DNA from: the human T2T-CHM13v2.0 reference genome, Homo sapiens
Assembly: GCF_009914755.1 (NCBI RefSeq)
Contig: NC_060931.1
Length of the DNA stretch: 64,000 nt
Strand: one strand, 5' to 3'
The position numbers and the translations under genes are program-made. Positions 1-14,900 of this stretch are shown piece by piece (the stretch's first letter is position 1; the number at the start of each line of letters is the position of its first letter). The notes under the pieces are model-generated. The model did no database searches, had not been told where the DNA came from, and saw only the letters and a list, made by a program, of their open reading frames with translations.

Positions 1-1
1 G

Positions 2-406
2 TGATATAATTTGGCTCTGTGTCCCCACCCAAATCTTATTTGAATTGTAATTCCCAGTGTTGGAGGAGGGGCCTGGTAGGAGGTGATTGAGTTATGGGGG
101 TGGACCTCCCCCTTGCTGTTCTTATAATAGAGTTCTCATGATATCTGGTTGTTTAAAAATGTGTGTGTAGCATGCCCCACTTCACTCTCTCTCACTCTCC
201 TGCTCCTCCATGTGAAGATGTGCCTGCTTCCCCTTCACCTTTTGCCAGGATTGTAAGTTTCCTGAGGCCTCCCCAAAAGTCAAGCAGATGCCAGCATCAT
301 GCTTCCTGTGCAGCCTGCAGAACTGTAAGTCAATTAAACCTATTTTCTTTATAAATTACCCAGTCTCAGGTAGTTATTTAAAGCAATGAGAGAATGGACT
401 AATACA
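2..406 (+). mobile_element. MSTA-like MaLR solo LTR
   Basis: TGATATAATTTGGCTCTGTGTCCCCACCCAAATCT...GGACTAATACA termini typical of MST/THE1 LTRs. Confidence 0.85.
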
Positions 407-710
407 ACGGGTACTATAAGAAGAGGAAAATGCCTCTTGAAGACAGACACACAGGGAGAGCACCATGTGATAAGAGAGGCAAAGACTGGAGTGAGCGTCT
501 GCTAGGCAAGGCATGCCAAGGATTGACAGACACCCTGAGAAGCTAAGATGAGACCAGGAAGCAATCTCCCTTACAGGTTTTGGAAGAAGCATAACCCTGC
601 AGACTGATTTTGGACTTCTAGCCTCTAGAACTGAGAGACAATAAATTTCTGTTGTATTAAGGCACTCAGTTCCTAGTACTTTCTTACATCAGCTCTAGAA
701 AACTAATATA
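407..710 (+). mobile_element. MLT1 (MLT1C-like) LTR 3' part, probably interrupted by the MSTA
   Basis: GATTTTGGACTTCTAGCCTCTAGAACTGAGAGACAATAAATTTCTGTTG...AACTAATATA. Confidence 0.7.
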
Positions 711-1041
711 AAAGTGAAATAACAAATTTGTGCCCTAACAACACTTCCAGCTCTAATATTCAGTAATTCCACTTGCTTTCGAGTTAATTTACGATTAGTA
801 ATAAATCCTTTAAAATGTTCAGGAAAAAAATATGCTACTTTCAATCAGTTTAAAGCATCTTTATGGCATTTATTAATAGCAACAAAATGGAAAATAATTG
901 AAAGCAACTTCAACTAACCTAAACAAGCCAGTGAAAAAAAGCACAGTAAATCTAACACTAAGTAGATGGAATGATAAAGATGAGAGAAGAAAATAATAAA
1001 CTTGAAAACAAAAAGTAAGAAGATTCATAAAACTTAATGCC

Positions 1042-1335
1042 TTTTTTTTTTTTTTGAGATGGAGTTTCGTTCTTGTTGACCAGGCTTGTTCAGTGGTATG
1101 ATCTCAGCTCACCGCTACCTCCGCCTCCCGGGTTCAAGTGATTCTCCTGCCTCAGCCTCCTGAGTAGCTGGGATTACAGGCATGTGCCACCACACCTGGC
1201 TAATTTTGTATTTTCAGTAGAGACGGGCTTTCTCCATGTTGGTCAGGCTGTTCTTGACCTCCTGACCTCAGGTGATCCGCCTGCCTCAGCCTCCCAAAGT
1301 GCTGGGATTACAGGTGTGAGCCACCGTGCCTGGCC
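1042..1335 (-). mobile_element. AluSp
   Basis: Full dimer; TTCTCCATGTTGGTCAGGCTG diagnostic; flanked by TAATGCCTTTTT. Confidence 0.9.
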
Positions 1336-2485
1336 AGTAATGCCTTTTTAAAAACTAATAAAAGTAAATAAATTTCTAATAGGAATGATGAGAAAAAACC
1401 TAGAATAATAGGTTTTTTAAAAGATATCAATAAACAATATCAAAAATGAAAGACATAACTATATATATAGTAAAAATGTTTTAAGTCATAGAAAATTGGT
1501 GATAATTTTTTCAAATGTATTGGAAAACAATAATAATCTTTGAGAAAAATATGAATTATATAAATGCTGTAAAAAGAAATGAACAAGCTAGATAAACCAA
1601 TAATATTAAATAAATTGAGTCAGTGATTAAAAGTCTCTACTTTCTCTCTCTCCAAGATCACAAGCTTAGTTGGTTTTACAGTCAAGACTTACCAAACTTC
1701 TAAACTTTTGAAGAACAGTTATTCCCTATCTTATACAAACATTTCTAAAAAAAATAGAAAAGAGGGACGTCTACCTAATTTATTTTATGAGGCTTATAAA
1801 GCCTTTTCAAAAACAATTATACAATGGCAAGACAAGAAAACAAAATTATAGACCATTCTCCCTATGAGACATAGCACAATTTAAGCTTCCAATCAAATGC
1901 TTTAATTTCTTCCAGTGCCTGTACAAAGTTTCCAGGTCATAATGCAGGGATTGAGAAACCAGGGCAAGTTCAGGCATCTCTCTAAGGAGACAAACATGCA
2001 TCTGGGTGAACCAAGGTATCAAAAGTTCACAGAGTAGATTACCAGAAAGAGTTACACAGAGAAAACTATAAGTATCTGCTGAGCATCCATCTTGAGTATT
2101 CAGCTGAATATTGCTCAGTACATGTGTGTGAAGAAACTACCCAAGGCCAGGAAAACAACCAACTTAAAGGATTAGAGAGAACTGACATTGAACCAGGAAT
2201 AGTGCCTATTTCTACTGGCAAGAAATAAAACCTCACAATTCTGAGGGCATAAATTGGAGTTCTAAAAAGGGTCTTACCTCAACAGTGGGAAAAAATTAAC
2301 CCTAGACTAAATGTTGCTGTAGTCTTACCTAATAAAACTTAAAAGCAAGACCCAAATGGGTCAATCTGTTTTCAAGTAACTAAAAAACATCCAAGAACAA
2401 AGCTCAAAATAGAGGAATACAAAAATATCCAACACAATAAAAGGTAAAATTCACAATGTGGGGCATTCAATAAAAAAGTATTCAG

Positions 2486-2592
2486 CCTGTACATGCCTGT
2501 AATCCCAACTACTCAGGAGGCTAAGGCAAGAAGACAGCTTGAGCCCAAGAATTCAAAGCAAGCCTAGGCAACATAGCAAGACCCCATCTTTT
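2486..2592 (+). mobile_element. FLAM/Alu monomer fragment
   Basis: CATGCCTGTAATCCCAACTACTCAGGAGGCTAAGGC...GCAAGACCCCATCT. Confidence 0.7.
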
Positions 2593-3048
2593 AAAATATT
2601 AATATTAATAATAATATTTAATTTAAAAATAAAAAATAGGCGTTCAAAAAGGCTGAAAAATATAGCACTTTGTGTTGAGAAAAATCAATCGATTGAAACT
2701 TATCCAGAAATAACACCAGTAGTAGAATTAGGAGGTAAGAACATTAAAACAGTTATTATGACTATACTCCATACAGTCAAGAAACCAGAGGAAATTTAAA
2801 GCATGTTAAATAGACAAATGGAAGATATATGAAGGATACAAATTAAAATTTTAGATTTGAAAATTATGATGTATGAGATAAAAAACACTGGACAGAATTA
2901 AAAGCTGATTAGTGTCATGGAAGAAAAGATTAGTGAACTAACACATATAGCAATAAAAGCTATCCTAAATTAAACACAGAGAGAAAAGAGACTGAAAAAG
3001 AATGAGCAGAGCACCAGTGAACTGTGAAATAACCTGAAACATCCAAAT

Positions 3049-3256
3049 AGCCAGGCCAACATTACTAAAGCCCATCTCTACTAAAAAATACAAAAATTAG
3101 CCAGGAGTGGTGGTGCCGCCTGTAATCCCAGCTACATGGGAAGCTAAGGCACTAGGATCTCTTGAACCCAGGAGGCAAGGCTGCAGTGAGTCAAGAGCAT
3201 GCCACTGCACTTCAGCCTTGGTGAAAGTGAGACTCTATCTCAAAACAAAAATAAAA
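3049..3256 (+). mobile_element. 5'-truncated old Alu (AluJ-like)
   Basis: Middle A-rich linker plus right arm. Confidence 0.8.
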
Positions 3257-6200
3257 TCCAAAGATAAGTAACACTGGAGTTCCTGAGGTGAGGAATTGCT
3301 ATTTCAAGAAATACTGGCCAAATATTTTCCAAATTTGATGAAAACTATAACTCATAGATCTAAGAATATCAGTGAACCAAGAATACCAATGAACTTCAAG
3401 CACAAGAAACATATCTAAGGCACATTATAATCACACCACTCAGAACCCATGATGTACAGGAAATCTCAAAAGCAGCCAGAGAAAAAAAGACATGTTGTGT
3501 AGAGAAACAAATATAAGGATAACAACACATTTCTCATCAGAAACAATGCAAGTGAGAAGACAATAGAACAACATCTTAAAAGTACTAAAAGGAAGAAAAA
3601 GCAACTGCACACTATAATTCTATAACCAGAAAAAATAATAAGCAAAGATTTTTTTTTTGGAAGTTGATTTGGCAATTTCTTGGAAAGCTAAATGAATACC
3701 TACCTTCTGACCTAGCCATTTGACTTCTAGGTGTTTACCCAAGAAAAATAAAAACAAATGTCCATACAAACACATATAAAAATGTTCATTTATAACATTT
3801 TATTTATGATAAAATTTATAAAAATTTATAAAATTTATTTAAAATTTTTATTTATAATATTCCAAATCTGGAAAAAAACAAAATTTATACACAGGTGAAT
3901 GGATAAATAAATTGTGGTATATCCATATAATACAATACTATTCAGCAATACAAAGGAATGAACTGTTCATATATATGCTACAACATGGATCTTAGATTTT
4001 GCTGCATTAAAAGAAGCCAGAAAATATCATATAGTATATAATTCCATAAAAATCTAGAAAATGCAAACTAGTCTATGATGACAAAAAACAGATCAATGGT
4101 TAGCAGATAATTGGAAAGCAGATCTGTGGGAAGCCTATTAGTGAACATAGAAGAAGTTACAGAGGGATAGAAGGACAGATGGTAACTTCTGAGGGTTACA
4201 GAAATATTTATCATCTTGATTGCAGTAATGATTCCAAGGGTATACACATATCTCAAAACATCAAATTGTATACTTTAAACATGTGCATTTATTATATGCC
4301 AATCAGATAATACAGTTATTAAAATAAAAGCAAAAATCCTGAATAAAAGATTAGTCAGTTGAATGATCATCATAAAAAAGTACACATAATGAATTGAGTT
4401 TATCTCAAGAATGCAAGGATGGTTTGACATCTGAAAACTCTGTAAATGTAATGTATCGTATTAACAAGTTAAAAGTGGAAAACAACACAATTATCTTAGT
4501 AGATGCATAATTTGATAAAATCCAGTAATCATTTATATTTAATAAGTAACTTTTGGTACAACCAAAAAAGAAGGAAGCTTCCTTAACCTAATGAAGGGTA
4601 TCTATCAAAAACTTTCAGCAAACATCACACTTAAGAGTGAAATTTTAGAAGCACTTCTTTTGAAGTCATTTCTTTTAAACATTGTACAAGTGATCCTAGC
4701 AGTACAAAATGATAAAAAAAAAATCAAAGAAGAGCTAAAAAATAATAGGCAAAACTTTATATTCAGACAGTATGATTGTGTACATAGGGACTGAAAAAGC
4801 AAGAGATTCCACAAACAGATTTCACAGGGTGGCTGGATACAAAATCAACATGCCAAAAAACAAAACAAAACAAAACAAAAAAATTCTCCTATAGACCTAT
4901 ACTAGTTAGTTAAAAGATATAGAAAAAAAATTCACAATTATAAAAATTTCTTCAAGGTATCTGGAAATAAATTTAACTAAAAAAATACAAGACCTTTATG
5001 GAGAAAATTACAAATATTTTCTTGAAAAATTACAGCTTTACTCTGTGGTGTGAAAGACTTGCTATTTAATCTGTAGATTTAGTGCAAACCAAATGGGGTA
5101 TCCTGTTAAATATGACAAGCCAACCCTAAAACATGTATCTTAGAGTCAATAATAACCAAGAAAGAAGATGAGAGTATTTTTCCTTTTAGATGACAAAATA
5201 TATTATAAACCTATTATAATCAAGACAAGGAGGTAATAGCACTGAGAGATATAAATAGACAAATGGAGTAGAATACACAGCTCAGGCACTGATACTCAAA
5301 ATATGGAAGCTTCATATATGAAAGAGGTGGTACTGCAAATCAGTGTGGTAAAGATGGACTATTCAACAACTGATTCTGGGGTACTTGTTTATTTATAGTA
5401 ATAAAAAATAGATCCCTACATTGACCCATACACAAAAATAAATTCCATGTGGGTTAAATCCCTAAATTTTAAAAACAAAACACTAAAATTTTCAGAAAAA
5501 TGCATAAGAATATCTTTATCAATCTCAGGTCAAGAAATGTTTTAAAATAATATTCAAAAATCACAAATCACAAAGGGATAGAAATATAGAATTTAAAACT
5601 TCTGTATACTAAGAAGTACTCTAAGTGAAAAAAATAAGTCAGAGCCTAGGAGAAGATATTTGCAGTTTGTATAACACAGTAAGATATATTTGTACACACT
5701 TCATATTTGCACAGATTTAGAGAAAGGAACATCATCGCCTACTGCTAGCAGGAAGGTAAACTGGCACAAGCATTTTGGACAAGATTTTGGTAGTATCACA
5801 ATTGAAGACTCGCACGCTCTATGATCTTCCCATTCTACCTCTAACTGTCTATCTTCTACAAGTCAAGAAACTTGTCCTCCAACGTGTGCAAAAGGAAACA
5901 GAATGTTTGTGGCAGCATTGTTGGCAAAAGCAAAAAGAATGACAAGCAATTTAAATATCCACCATCATGAAGATGAATAAATATAAAATGAGATATTTTC
6001 ATACAGTGGAATACTATAACGCGATTAATATCAATGAATTAGAGGCATACAAAAACACAAATAAAACATAAGGCTGACTATAAATATATTGCAGAATGAT
6101 ATATCATGTAAAGTTTAAGGACACAAAAAAAGTGATATATGGTTTATGGATAAAAATGTGTGGGAAATTATAAAAACTTCAAAAGAATGATAAACACCAA

Positions 6201-6339
6201 ATTCATAATAATGATTATGTGTGAGGAGAGAAGGGAGGGCAGTGGGATTGGGGAGTGCCAGCAGGGACCTTCAGCCACACCTACAATGTTTCTTTTAAAA
6301 AGTCTAGAGTCAGTGTGGTAAAACATTAACATTTGATAA

Positions 6340-6702
<363 letters not shown>

Positions 6703-7497
6703 GAAATACTTCATTTTTTAAAGTAAGTTTAAGATTGCACGTCATAAGTAGTGAAACTGAGATTTAAACTTGGGTACTCTAACGGCTGAGCCTTACTATA
6801 TCGTATATTGCCTCTCTGCAATTGACATATATATAACATAATATGTTTGTATACATACATACACAGAGGCATATATTACACATATGTATAAACATATGTC
6901 AAACTTGGCACTTAGTATACTGTGTAGCACATGGAAACCATGTAAAAATGGCAGCTATTATTACTATATTAATACTTTTTTATCCTTTGTAATCATGTTT
7001 ATGTATGTAACATGTATATTCTTCTTAGACCTACATCTTATATATTCTTCTAATACTCAAATGCTCGTAAGAATATGACAACAACAGAACAATGGTGAAG
7101 TTGAGCGCTCAACTGGCTCTCTAGATCCTATATAACTTCAGGATGACTTATCGAAACTGTGAAGGGTAAACTAAGTATTCGTTCATTTATTCAGCAGTAT
7201 TTATTGAGAATCTATCATGTCCCGAAAGCTGGGGATTCTATAATAAACCAAGATAAACAAAGTGCCACCCTAGTGGAGTATATATTTTAGAGCAGCACTG
7301 TCCAAGAGGAAAATAAAGCAAGCCATACGTGTAATTATAGCTTTTGCAGTAGTAGTAGCCGCACTTAAAAAGTAAAAGGAGCCCATTATGTAGAGTTAGA
7401 TAACACACACAGAGTCTGTACTGCAATTGGATATAAAGGAAACCTTATATAATGTTACATAAAGTATCATATCACTTCTGAGCAGCAGTCAACTCAC

Positions 7498-7566
7498 CTT
7501 TGGACCTTGTACTCCAATTCCCACTGGTCCTCGAGGGCCTGTAGGTCCCATTTGGCCTACTTCTCC
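7498..7566 (-). CDS. COL28A1: Collagen XXVIII exon, 69 bp, GEVGQMGPTGPRGPVGIGVQGPK
   Basis: ttttcttactag|GGA...AAG|gtgagt; phase 0; gene continues beyond the window start. Confidence 0.95.
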
Positions 7567-8618
7567 CTAGTAAGAAAAGAGTTTAATACAGCAGCAAAGT
7601 GAAAATAATATATTCCTGCTGTTGATCTCCTAAAACCTGTCTTATATCAACAAAGTAAAACAGTTTCATGTGCTCAATTCATATATATTGCCTGAAATCC
7701 CTTCGGGGGATGGATTTGCACCAGATTTGGAATATATATGTAAATGAAAAATGTACATAATGTTTGATGTATATATGGTCTGACTTAAAATATAGGCCAC
7801 ATAGCATATTCAAAATTGATTTTAAGGAGCCCCTTGTGGAGGGTATCTGGAAAAGATAGGCAGTTGCATTCTAGAACAACTAAAATTGGCACAGGAAAAG
7901 CCAAGGTAACTGCTGATCAAGAGCAATGTCATAAGCAGAGAACGCAACTCAAGCTTTCAAGGCAGGCCCCAAATCAAAACTCTCAAGAATAGTCAGAGTG
8001 GTCCATTGAGCAGCTTCTCACACGGACAGCTCTAGGGAGTGTGTTCTAAGGTGAATAGTCTCAGAGAAGTATTTTATTTATTTAACAATGATTCATGATT
8101 CTTAGAAGCAATATTAAGGATAACTAGTTAAATAAGTGCCATGCTCCTCCTCAAGGAAAAAATAATAGTTCCAATCTATGAGATAGTTTGATTCCCAAGT
8201 AAATAAAACATTTTTATTTGTTAGGTCATTTCTGACCCCATCTCTTTAGCTAAGGTTTTAGTAGTTGCACCTACTGTCAGAGTGGTGGTGAGAATGAAAA
8301 TTAGCCAACCTAGAGAGACACATAACCACTGGTTGCCTCTATTAATATTACTGTTTGAGTTGGTAGAATAGGATCTCATAAATAAAAGTAACAAAGAAAA
8401 CAACAAATGAAAATTGTGTAAATAAAGCTTTCTTAAAGCATAAAGAATACATATTACATTTTCTAAATTGTCAGGAATATCAGTAACATTTTGCATTAAG
8501 TAGAGATCTCTGATTTTTAAGTTCATTCTACCTGCTGTCTTCCCTTGCACTGGCACTGATCAGAAAACAGCAATTATACTATAGATATATTAAACTCCGC
8601 TCTCATTTACAAAGTTAC

Positions 8619-8687
8619 CTTGGAACCAGGTAAGCCCTGTCCTGCGGGCCCTTGTGGACCAGGTGGACCAATAGGACCTTGGATTCC
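8619..8687 (-). CDS. COL28A1: Collagen XXVIII exon, 69 bp, [23 protein letters not shown]
   Basis: ttttattttaaag|GGA...AAG|gtaact; phase 0. Confidence 0.95.
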
Positions 8688-8869
8688 CTTTAAAATAAAA
8701 TTTTATAAAATAGTGTTAGTGAAATGAAGTAGTTTCAAATCCTCTAAAGTGAAACTTTAGTTCATACCCCATAATAAGTTACTTACACTCAATAAGCATT
8801 TGTGGAGTGGGGTGCCAGGGGCTGCTAGTTAAACCACAATTTGCATTCTTCCCTATTTCCATATTAATA

Positions 8870-9125
8870 GAAATTTTAGCTGGCCCGTATATCTGCCTAG
8901 AATAAAGACCACGTTTCTCAGTCCCTGTTGCAGCCAGGCGTGGCCATGTGGGCTAGATTCTAGCCAATGGGATAGGAATGAAGTGATGTGTGTAACTCCT
9001 GGTTCATGCTAAAAGAAGAGGTATGCCTTCTCCTTCCCTTTTCCTCTTCTTCAGTAGCTGGAATTAAGAGAGGGTGGCCATCCAGGATCATGCAGATGAG
9101 GAAAGCACCCTCAGTATGGCAGACT
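8870..9125. mobile_element. Old ERVL LTR fragment (LTR16-like)
   Basis: TGTTGCAGCCAGGCGTGGCCATGTG...GCCAATGGGAT...GAAGTGATGTGTGTAACT motif. Confidence 0.55.
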
Positions 9126-11222
9126 ATCAAGACCGATTAATAGAGGCAGTAGTCAGTTGATTAACAGAAGCAATAGTCAGTAGATACCAAACTGAAGAAG
9201 GTTCAAACACTTGACTCCCTCCTTCACAATATAAAGGAGGTTTTTATACATGGGTATAAAAAAGGATATGCACATATGTGTACATTTGTATATGTGGTTG
9301 TTTATTTTTCACTCTATTTGTAAAAGATCTGAGTTGATCAAGCCTCCAAATATTTAACAAAAATCTGTGGGCCATTTAAGAGAGATTGTAAACATGTTGC
9401 TGGAAACAGAAGTTCCCTCATAAACACATGAGGGAAAACATTCATTTTTATGAGAGAAATAGGAAGATCTAACATAACAAGAATTCAATGGATAAACACA
9501 TCAAATTAAAGAACATTGAATAACTGCATAGACAGAGGTTAAATTTAAGTAGAATTTATATCATTTGTCTTAAAAGGTAAATAAATTCTTTTCTTGCTCA
9601 GATCATTTTACAAATAGAGATCTCATTTCCAATAGAGATCAGCTCTGTAAGGACACATCTACCTCGAAATTTTTTTTTCTTTACAAAAAGAAGAAAAGGG
9701 GGTAAGAAAATGAAAGAAGTCCGAGACTTTTGTTTTGTTTTTTTTCCCAAGCTGAAGAACAACAACCTCCACCAAGGAACAGCATTAAAGGCGACAGGAA
9801 GCTGTAGGTAGGAGGTCCAGAATTCACAGGCCATCTGAACAGACTTGTCTTCGAACCTCATATTTAGCCCCATAGTGGTCACTCAGCACCAGGAGCACTG
9901 CAAGACCCAAGATGTGACAACACTGTCCGGCCACTTTTGGGATAAGTAAGCCCCTGCTAAAACCAACAAATAAACTAAAAGGCTTGAGAATGTCGGCTGG
10001 TATAATCAAATGATGATATTTGAGTAGCCCAAATGTCCAGCTCTTAATTATTATCTAAATATTTATTTATACATTTATCTTGGCTTCTTCTGTACCTTAA
10101 GATTCCTAATGTGTTAGACTAGGACCTCTGCCAATGGCAAGGGAATGGAAAAAGGAGTCATATCCAACTTTGCTGTTGTTTGGACTAGCAAGAAAAGTAA
10201 TAATAATAATAAATTAGCAGCCAATTAGAAATAAACCCAAAGTAAATCTCAACAATGACACCGGAATTATCTCATTTTTTAAATTCTTCCCTTCTCCCAC
10301 TACCCTAGATACAGAAACTAGATACAGAAAGCACTATTCATTCTTTAAGCAATAGAATAATTCAAACCTTACTCATAAATCTTAATCAAACCTGACCTGC
10401 CACTTTCTAACCAGGAGATATTTAGCATAAAACTGAATTTGTGGGTTGCTTTGATTAATAAGGCTGCGTAAGTATATGGCAAACAACAAAGTATATGGTA
10501 AACAAAAGACTACATGGTAAACAACAGTAGAGAGTACTGTTATACTATCTTCACATTATTTAGATTTATCACAATACCCAGATTTTCCAAAAGTTATCAG
10601 AAGATTTTGGAAATGGTTCTAATCACGAATGTAGACATTCTTACAGATCTTTCTTTTCTTCTCACCAAGAGGGGCCAGGTGTCATTTATAAATTATATCT
10701 GTGTTTTGCTTCTATTCCAGAAGTTTGCCCCTTAAACTAAGTGGTTATCTCTGATCCTGGTCCAAGTTTTAACTATAATACTTTTTTAAAAAATGGATAT
10801 GTGGCTAGTTAGAGTGGTTGGTAGGGGGATACCACTCTACTCCATTGGGAGAGAGTGGGATTTAATTTTCACAAAGCTTCAAGGAGAAAAAAATACACAA
10901 ACCAGCAGGTGAGTAAACTATTGTTCCCAAGGGGAACTAAAAATATTGCACCAAAACATTTACCTTGTTAATTAGGTTTTAATGTTAAAAGTCACAGCAT
11001 CAAGAAACACACTACTTATTTTTTAAGCCTTTGGAAGTTCTAAAAAATAAAATCTTCTCATGAAACCATCTTATCCTTCCCTATATTCACTTCTGGACTT
11101 ATACTCCACTGCAATTAACTGTCAAATATACTCATAGATGTTTGCAGGACTGGCCTTCAATGAAGACCAGGATTGGGCTGGAATGTTCTGCACTGAAGGG
11201 AAAGGAAGAATGCATTAATTAC

Positions 11223-11291
11223 CTGTTCCCCTTGACTCCCGATTCCAGGGATACCCATTGGTCCTTGGGGTCCCACAGGTCCTATATCCCC
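11223..11291 (-). CDS. COL28A1: Collagen XXVIII exon, 69 bp, [23 protein letters not shown]
   Basis: tctgtgcag|GGG...CAG|gtaatt; phase 0; internal Met codon at 11258-11256. Confidence 0.95.
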
Positions 11292-11839
11292 CTGCACAGA
11301 AAATAAGCCAGGAAATATAACAATAAAATAAAATCTTATTATTTCATACTTTGCTAACCTGGAATTGGGCTGTGTTAAAATCTATCTTTATACTATAAAA
11401 AAAATTCAACATGGAAAATTATAAAACTTTATTTTATTCCTTTAAAAGTTTATAATTCAAATTCCCCAAAATAGTAAATGACATTTTTGCTATTCAGTCT
11501 AAGTTGGTGAGCATTTGTATAGGCTTATATTTATCAATCATTTTCTCACAAACAAAATTTCCTGAATAGTTGTTATGACACAAACATTTCCTGCTAAGAT
11601 TGTAACAGAAATATTTAAAAGTAGAAAATTCATAGGATATAATAAAAATAGAATGAGAGATAAATTGAAGAAAAATATTTTTAAATTTTCTAAATACCCT
11701 TTCCCTCCAAATCTTATTGAAAATGCATTTTGAAAATGAAGAAATGATCTCAAGTGAATGCAGCAAAATTAAACAGCCCTATTTTCTTCTTCCATGAAAT
11801 TGAGAAAACAAAATTAAAGTTACCAGCAAGAAGAACATA

Positions 11840-13040
11840 ATTCATTCTTTCTGTGTCTTTATACAGGTGTTTGTTGAGTGCCCATTATAAGCCAGAAAGT
11901 GTTCCAAACACTAGGAAAACAACAGTGACCAAAACAGCTCAAAATCTCTGTCCTCCATTGAGCTTAGATTTTAGTAGGGGAAACAAGATGGTAAACAAGA
12001 CAGGTAGATAAAATAACTAGTATGTTGAATAATAAGTGTGAAGGAGAAAAATTAATCAGGGAAGAGAAGAGGCAGCGATGATTTTGGTTAAGATGTCCAG
12101 AGATGAAGTCACTGACGAGAGGGAATGAGCCAGGTAGAAACCCAGAAGAAAAGCATTCCATGCAGAGAAACAGCCAAAACAAAGATGATGCCTGACATGT
12201 TCCAGAAACAGCAAGGAGACAGTGCGGGTGGAACCATCTCCATGAGGGAGAGCGGTAGACAATGAAGTCAGAGAATTATGGCAGTGGAGTCAGGTAGAAG
12301 GATCAGTGGGGCCTTTGAGGCCACTGTAAGGACTTGGCTATCCTCTGAGTAAGTTAGGAAGCCACTGGAGGGTTTTGAGAAGGGAAGTGAGAGATCTGAC
12401 TTGGTTTTTAAGGCCCCATCTGGAAGCTGTATGGAGAACAGACTGAAGGGGGTCTGCATGAGAGATGATGGGGCACAAACCAGAATGTTGAGAGTGGAGG
12501 TGGTGGGGAGTGCTCAAAACCTGGATAATGTTGAAGGTAGAGTGATGGGATTTGCTGAGGACTGAAAGGACTCTTGGCAGAATACAGTTGTCATTGACTG
12601 AGAAGAAAAAGCCTGAGAGAAAAGCAAGGTTTGAGGTGGAGGGTGATATCAGGAGTTCAGTTTTGGACATGTTTAGTTTGAGATCCCTAAAATGAACATC
12701 CAAATGGAGATATCAAGTAGGTGGGAGAGGCCTGGGATGAGAACATAAATTTGGGAGCCCTCAGTATATAAATGATATTAAAGGCCATAATTGAGTGAAT
12801 TTGCCAAGTAATAGAAAAAAGAGATGGTCCCAGGACTGAGCCCTTTAAGCACTCCAATCATTAGAGGTCAGAGAGATGAAGAAGTCACAGCAGTGGAGAC
12901 TGAGAAGGAAGCAGCCAGAGAGACCAAGTGAAGAGAGTGTTTCAAGAAGGTGAGGGATCCATCTGTCAAATGCTACCAACAGGGCAAATTAGTTGATGAC
13001 AGAGAATTGACCGCTGGATTGAGTAACATGGTTAACATGC
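11840..13040 (-). mobile_element. L2 (L2a-like) fragment
   Basis: ORF-track 12338..12703 retains the L2 RT remnant LKLNMSKTELLI; L2 3'-end motif near 11840-11930. Confidence 0.85.
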
Positions 13041-13111
13041 TCATTTTAATGGCAGTTGTATTTAGACTACATTAGGGCCGCAAAACTTTTAAACAGTTGG
13101 ATAGCAGATAC

Positions 13112-13270
13112 TTTGGGCTTGAGGGTCATAATGATGTCTCTCGTAATTGATCAATGCTGCTTTGGTAGTACAAAAGTAGCCATAGATAATATATAGTGAA
13201 CAAGTATACCTGTGGTCTCATAACATTTTATTTGTAAAAACAGGCAGCCAGCTCAACAGTTGGCCAATGT
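13112..13270. mobile_element. MER58A-like hAT-Charlie MITE
   Basis: AAAGTAGCCATAGATAAT...ACATTTTATTTGTAAAAACAGGCAG. Confidence 0.6.
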
Positions 13271-13313
13271 TTGAGCTAAATAAATATGTTTTTATGAAGA
13301 AAAATGTATCATT

Positions 13314-13659
<346 letters not shown>

Positions 13660-14900
13660 TCATTAGATCAAACTTTATATAACATTAAATATATAGAACC
13701 TGCACTAGGAGATGCCCTGGAATACACTACTTAGTGCTCTATCAACCTTTGATCTACATAAATATTACGGAAGGAAAACATAATGGAATCCAGTTCTGGC
13801 TCAGAGCTGGACTATTTTGATTCAGAACTTGATTTCTTATGCATCAGATATTGTGCTTAATGCTTTACATCCTTTCATTTATCCTCACAACAACCCCTGT
13901 AAAGTGGCCATCCCCATTTTTCAGATGAGTGTAAGTAACTCACCCCAGGTCACGCAACTGTTAGACGGCAGAGGTGACAGTCAAGTCCAACTCATAGCCA
14001 CTAGCCAAAACCCAACTCATAGCCACTAGTTTGCAAATATTTGTTAAACACATAAGAGAGGGTCCCTTTTTGTGCAGTGTTATTGACATTTAAATACCTG
14101 TGCCATAAGTACAACTTTGTTTTGTACCATTTACATACATTTGAGAGGCCTTATCAGAGGCGTGTTTATATTATCACTTGAATCACAAACATCAAGCCCT
14201 CTGAATCTAGTGTTATATGTAAAAGAACAGGAAAGGAAGAAAGGAAAAAGAAGATGGTATTGAGGGAACAGCAGATAAAAGCTTTGCTATGTAATAATAT
14301 CCTGATACTTCAGAGTGATTTCTTTGCATGACCTCCAAATGTAAAAATAACATGCACCATGTCCCAACACCACCTGAAAAAGTTAATTTACTGAACTCAT
14401 AAAACAATGGTTCTGTTGTATTCAGTTCTCGCTGCTCCAAAGGAAGAAAGAGCAACTCATGTATTTTTTGGAGTATTTTGGAGTTGCTGTACAGCCAGAG
14501 CTAAGAGATTGAACAAAGAATTGTATTGCATCTAAAATTCCTATCACTCACTATTTATTTCTGCTATTTAAATACAAACAGCTAGAAGAGATAACTACCA
14601 GCAAATAAAAATAAGTCATTCAAGATTGAAACCCAGCACTTGAGATAATCATGAATATCAATTGTTATCCTAATATAATATACAATATAATTATCTGCTT
14701 AAAGGCTGATATATAAATGACTCCAAATTGATATGAGTTCTCTGCTTTTTTATACATTTCTTATATCCTTCCCCCTCTGGCAGCTTCACTTCCAATGCTC
14801 TTTATGGCTGTATCAGCCTCTAGTAGCTCCTATCACCAGCTCCATTCCCATTTCTAATCTGGTATAATCTGCAGCTGTTTTAAAGAAAACAAATAGCCAG

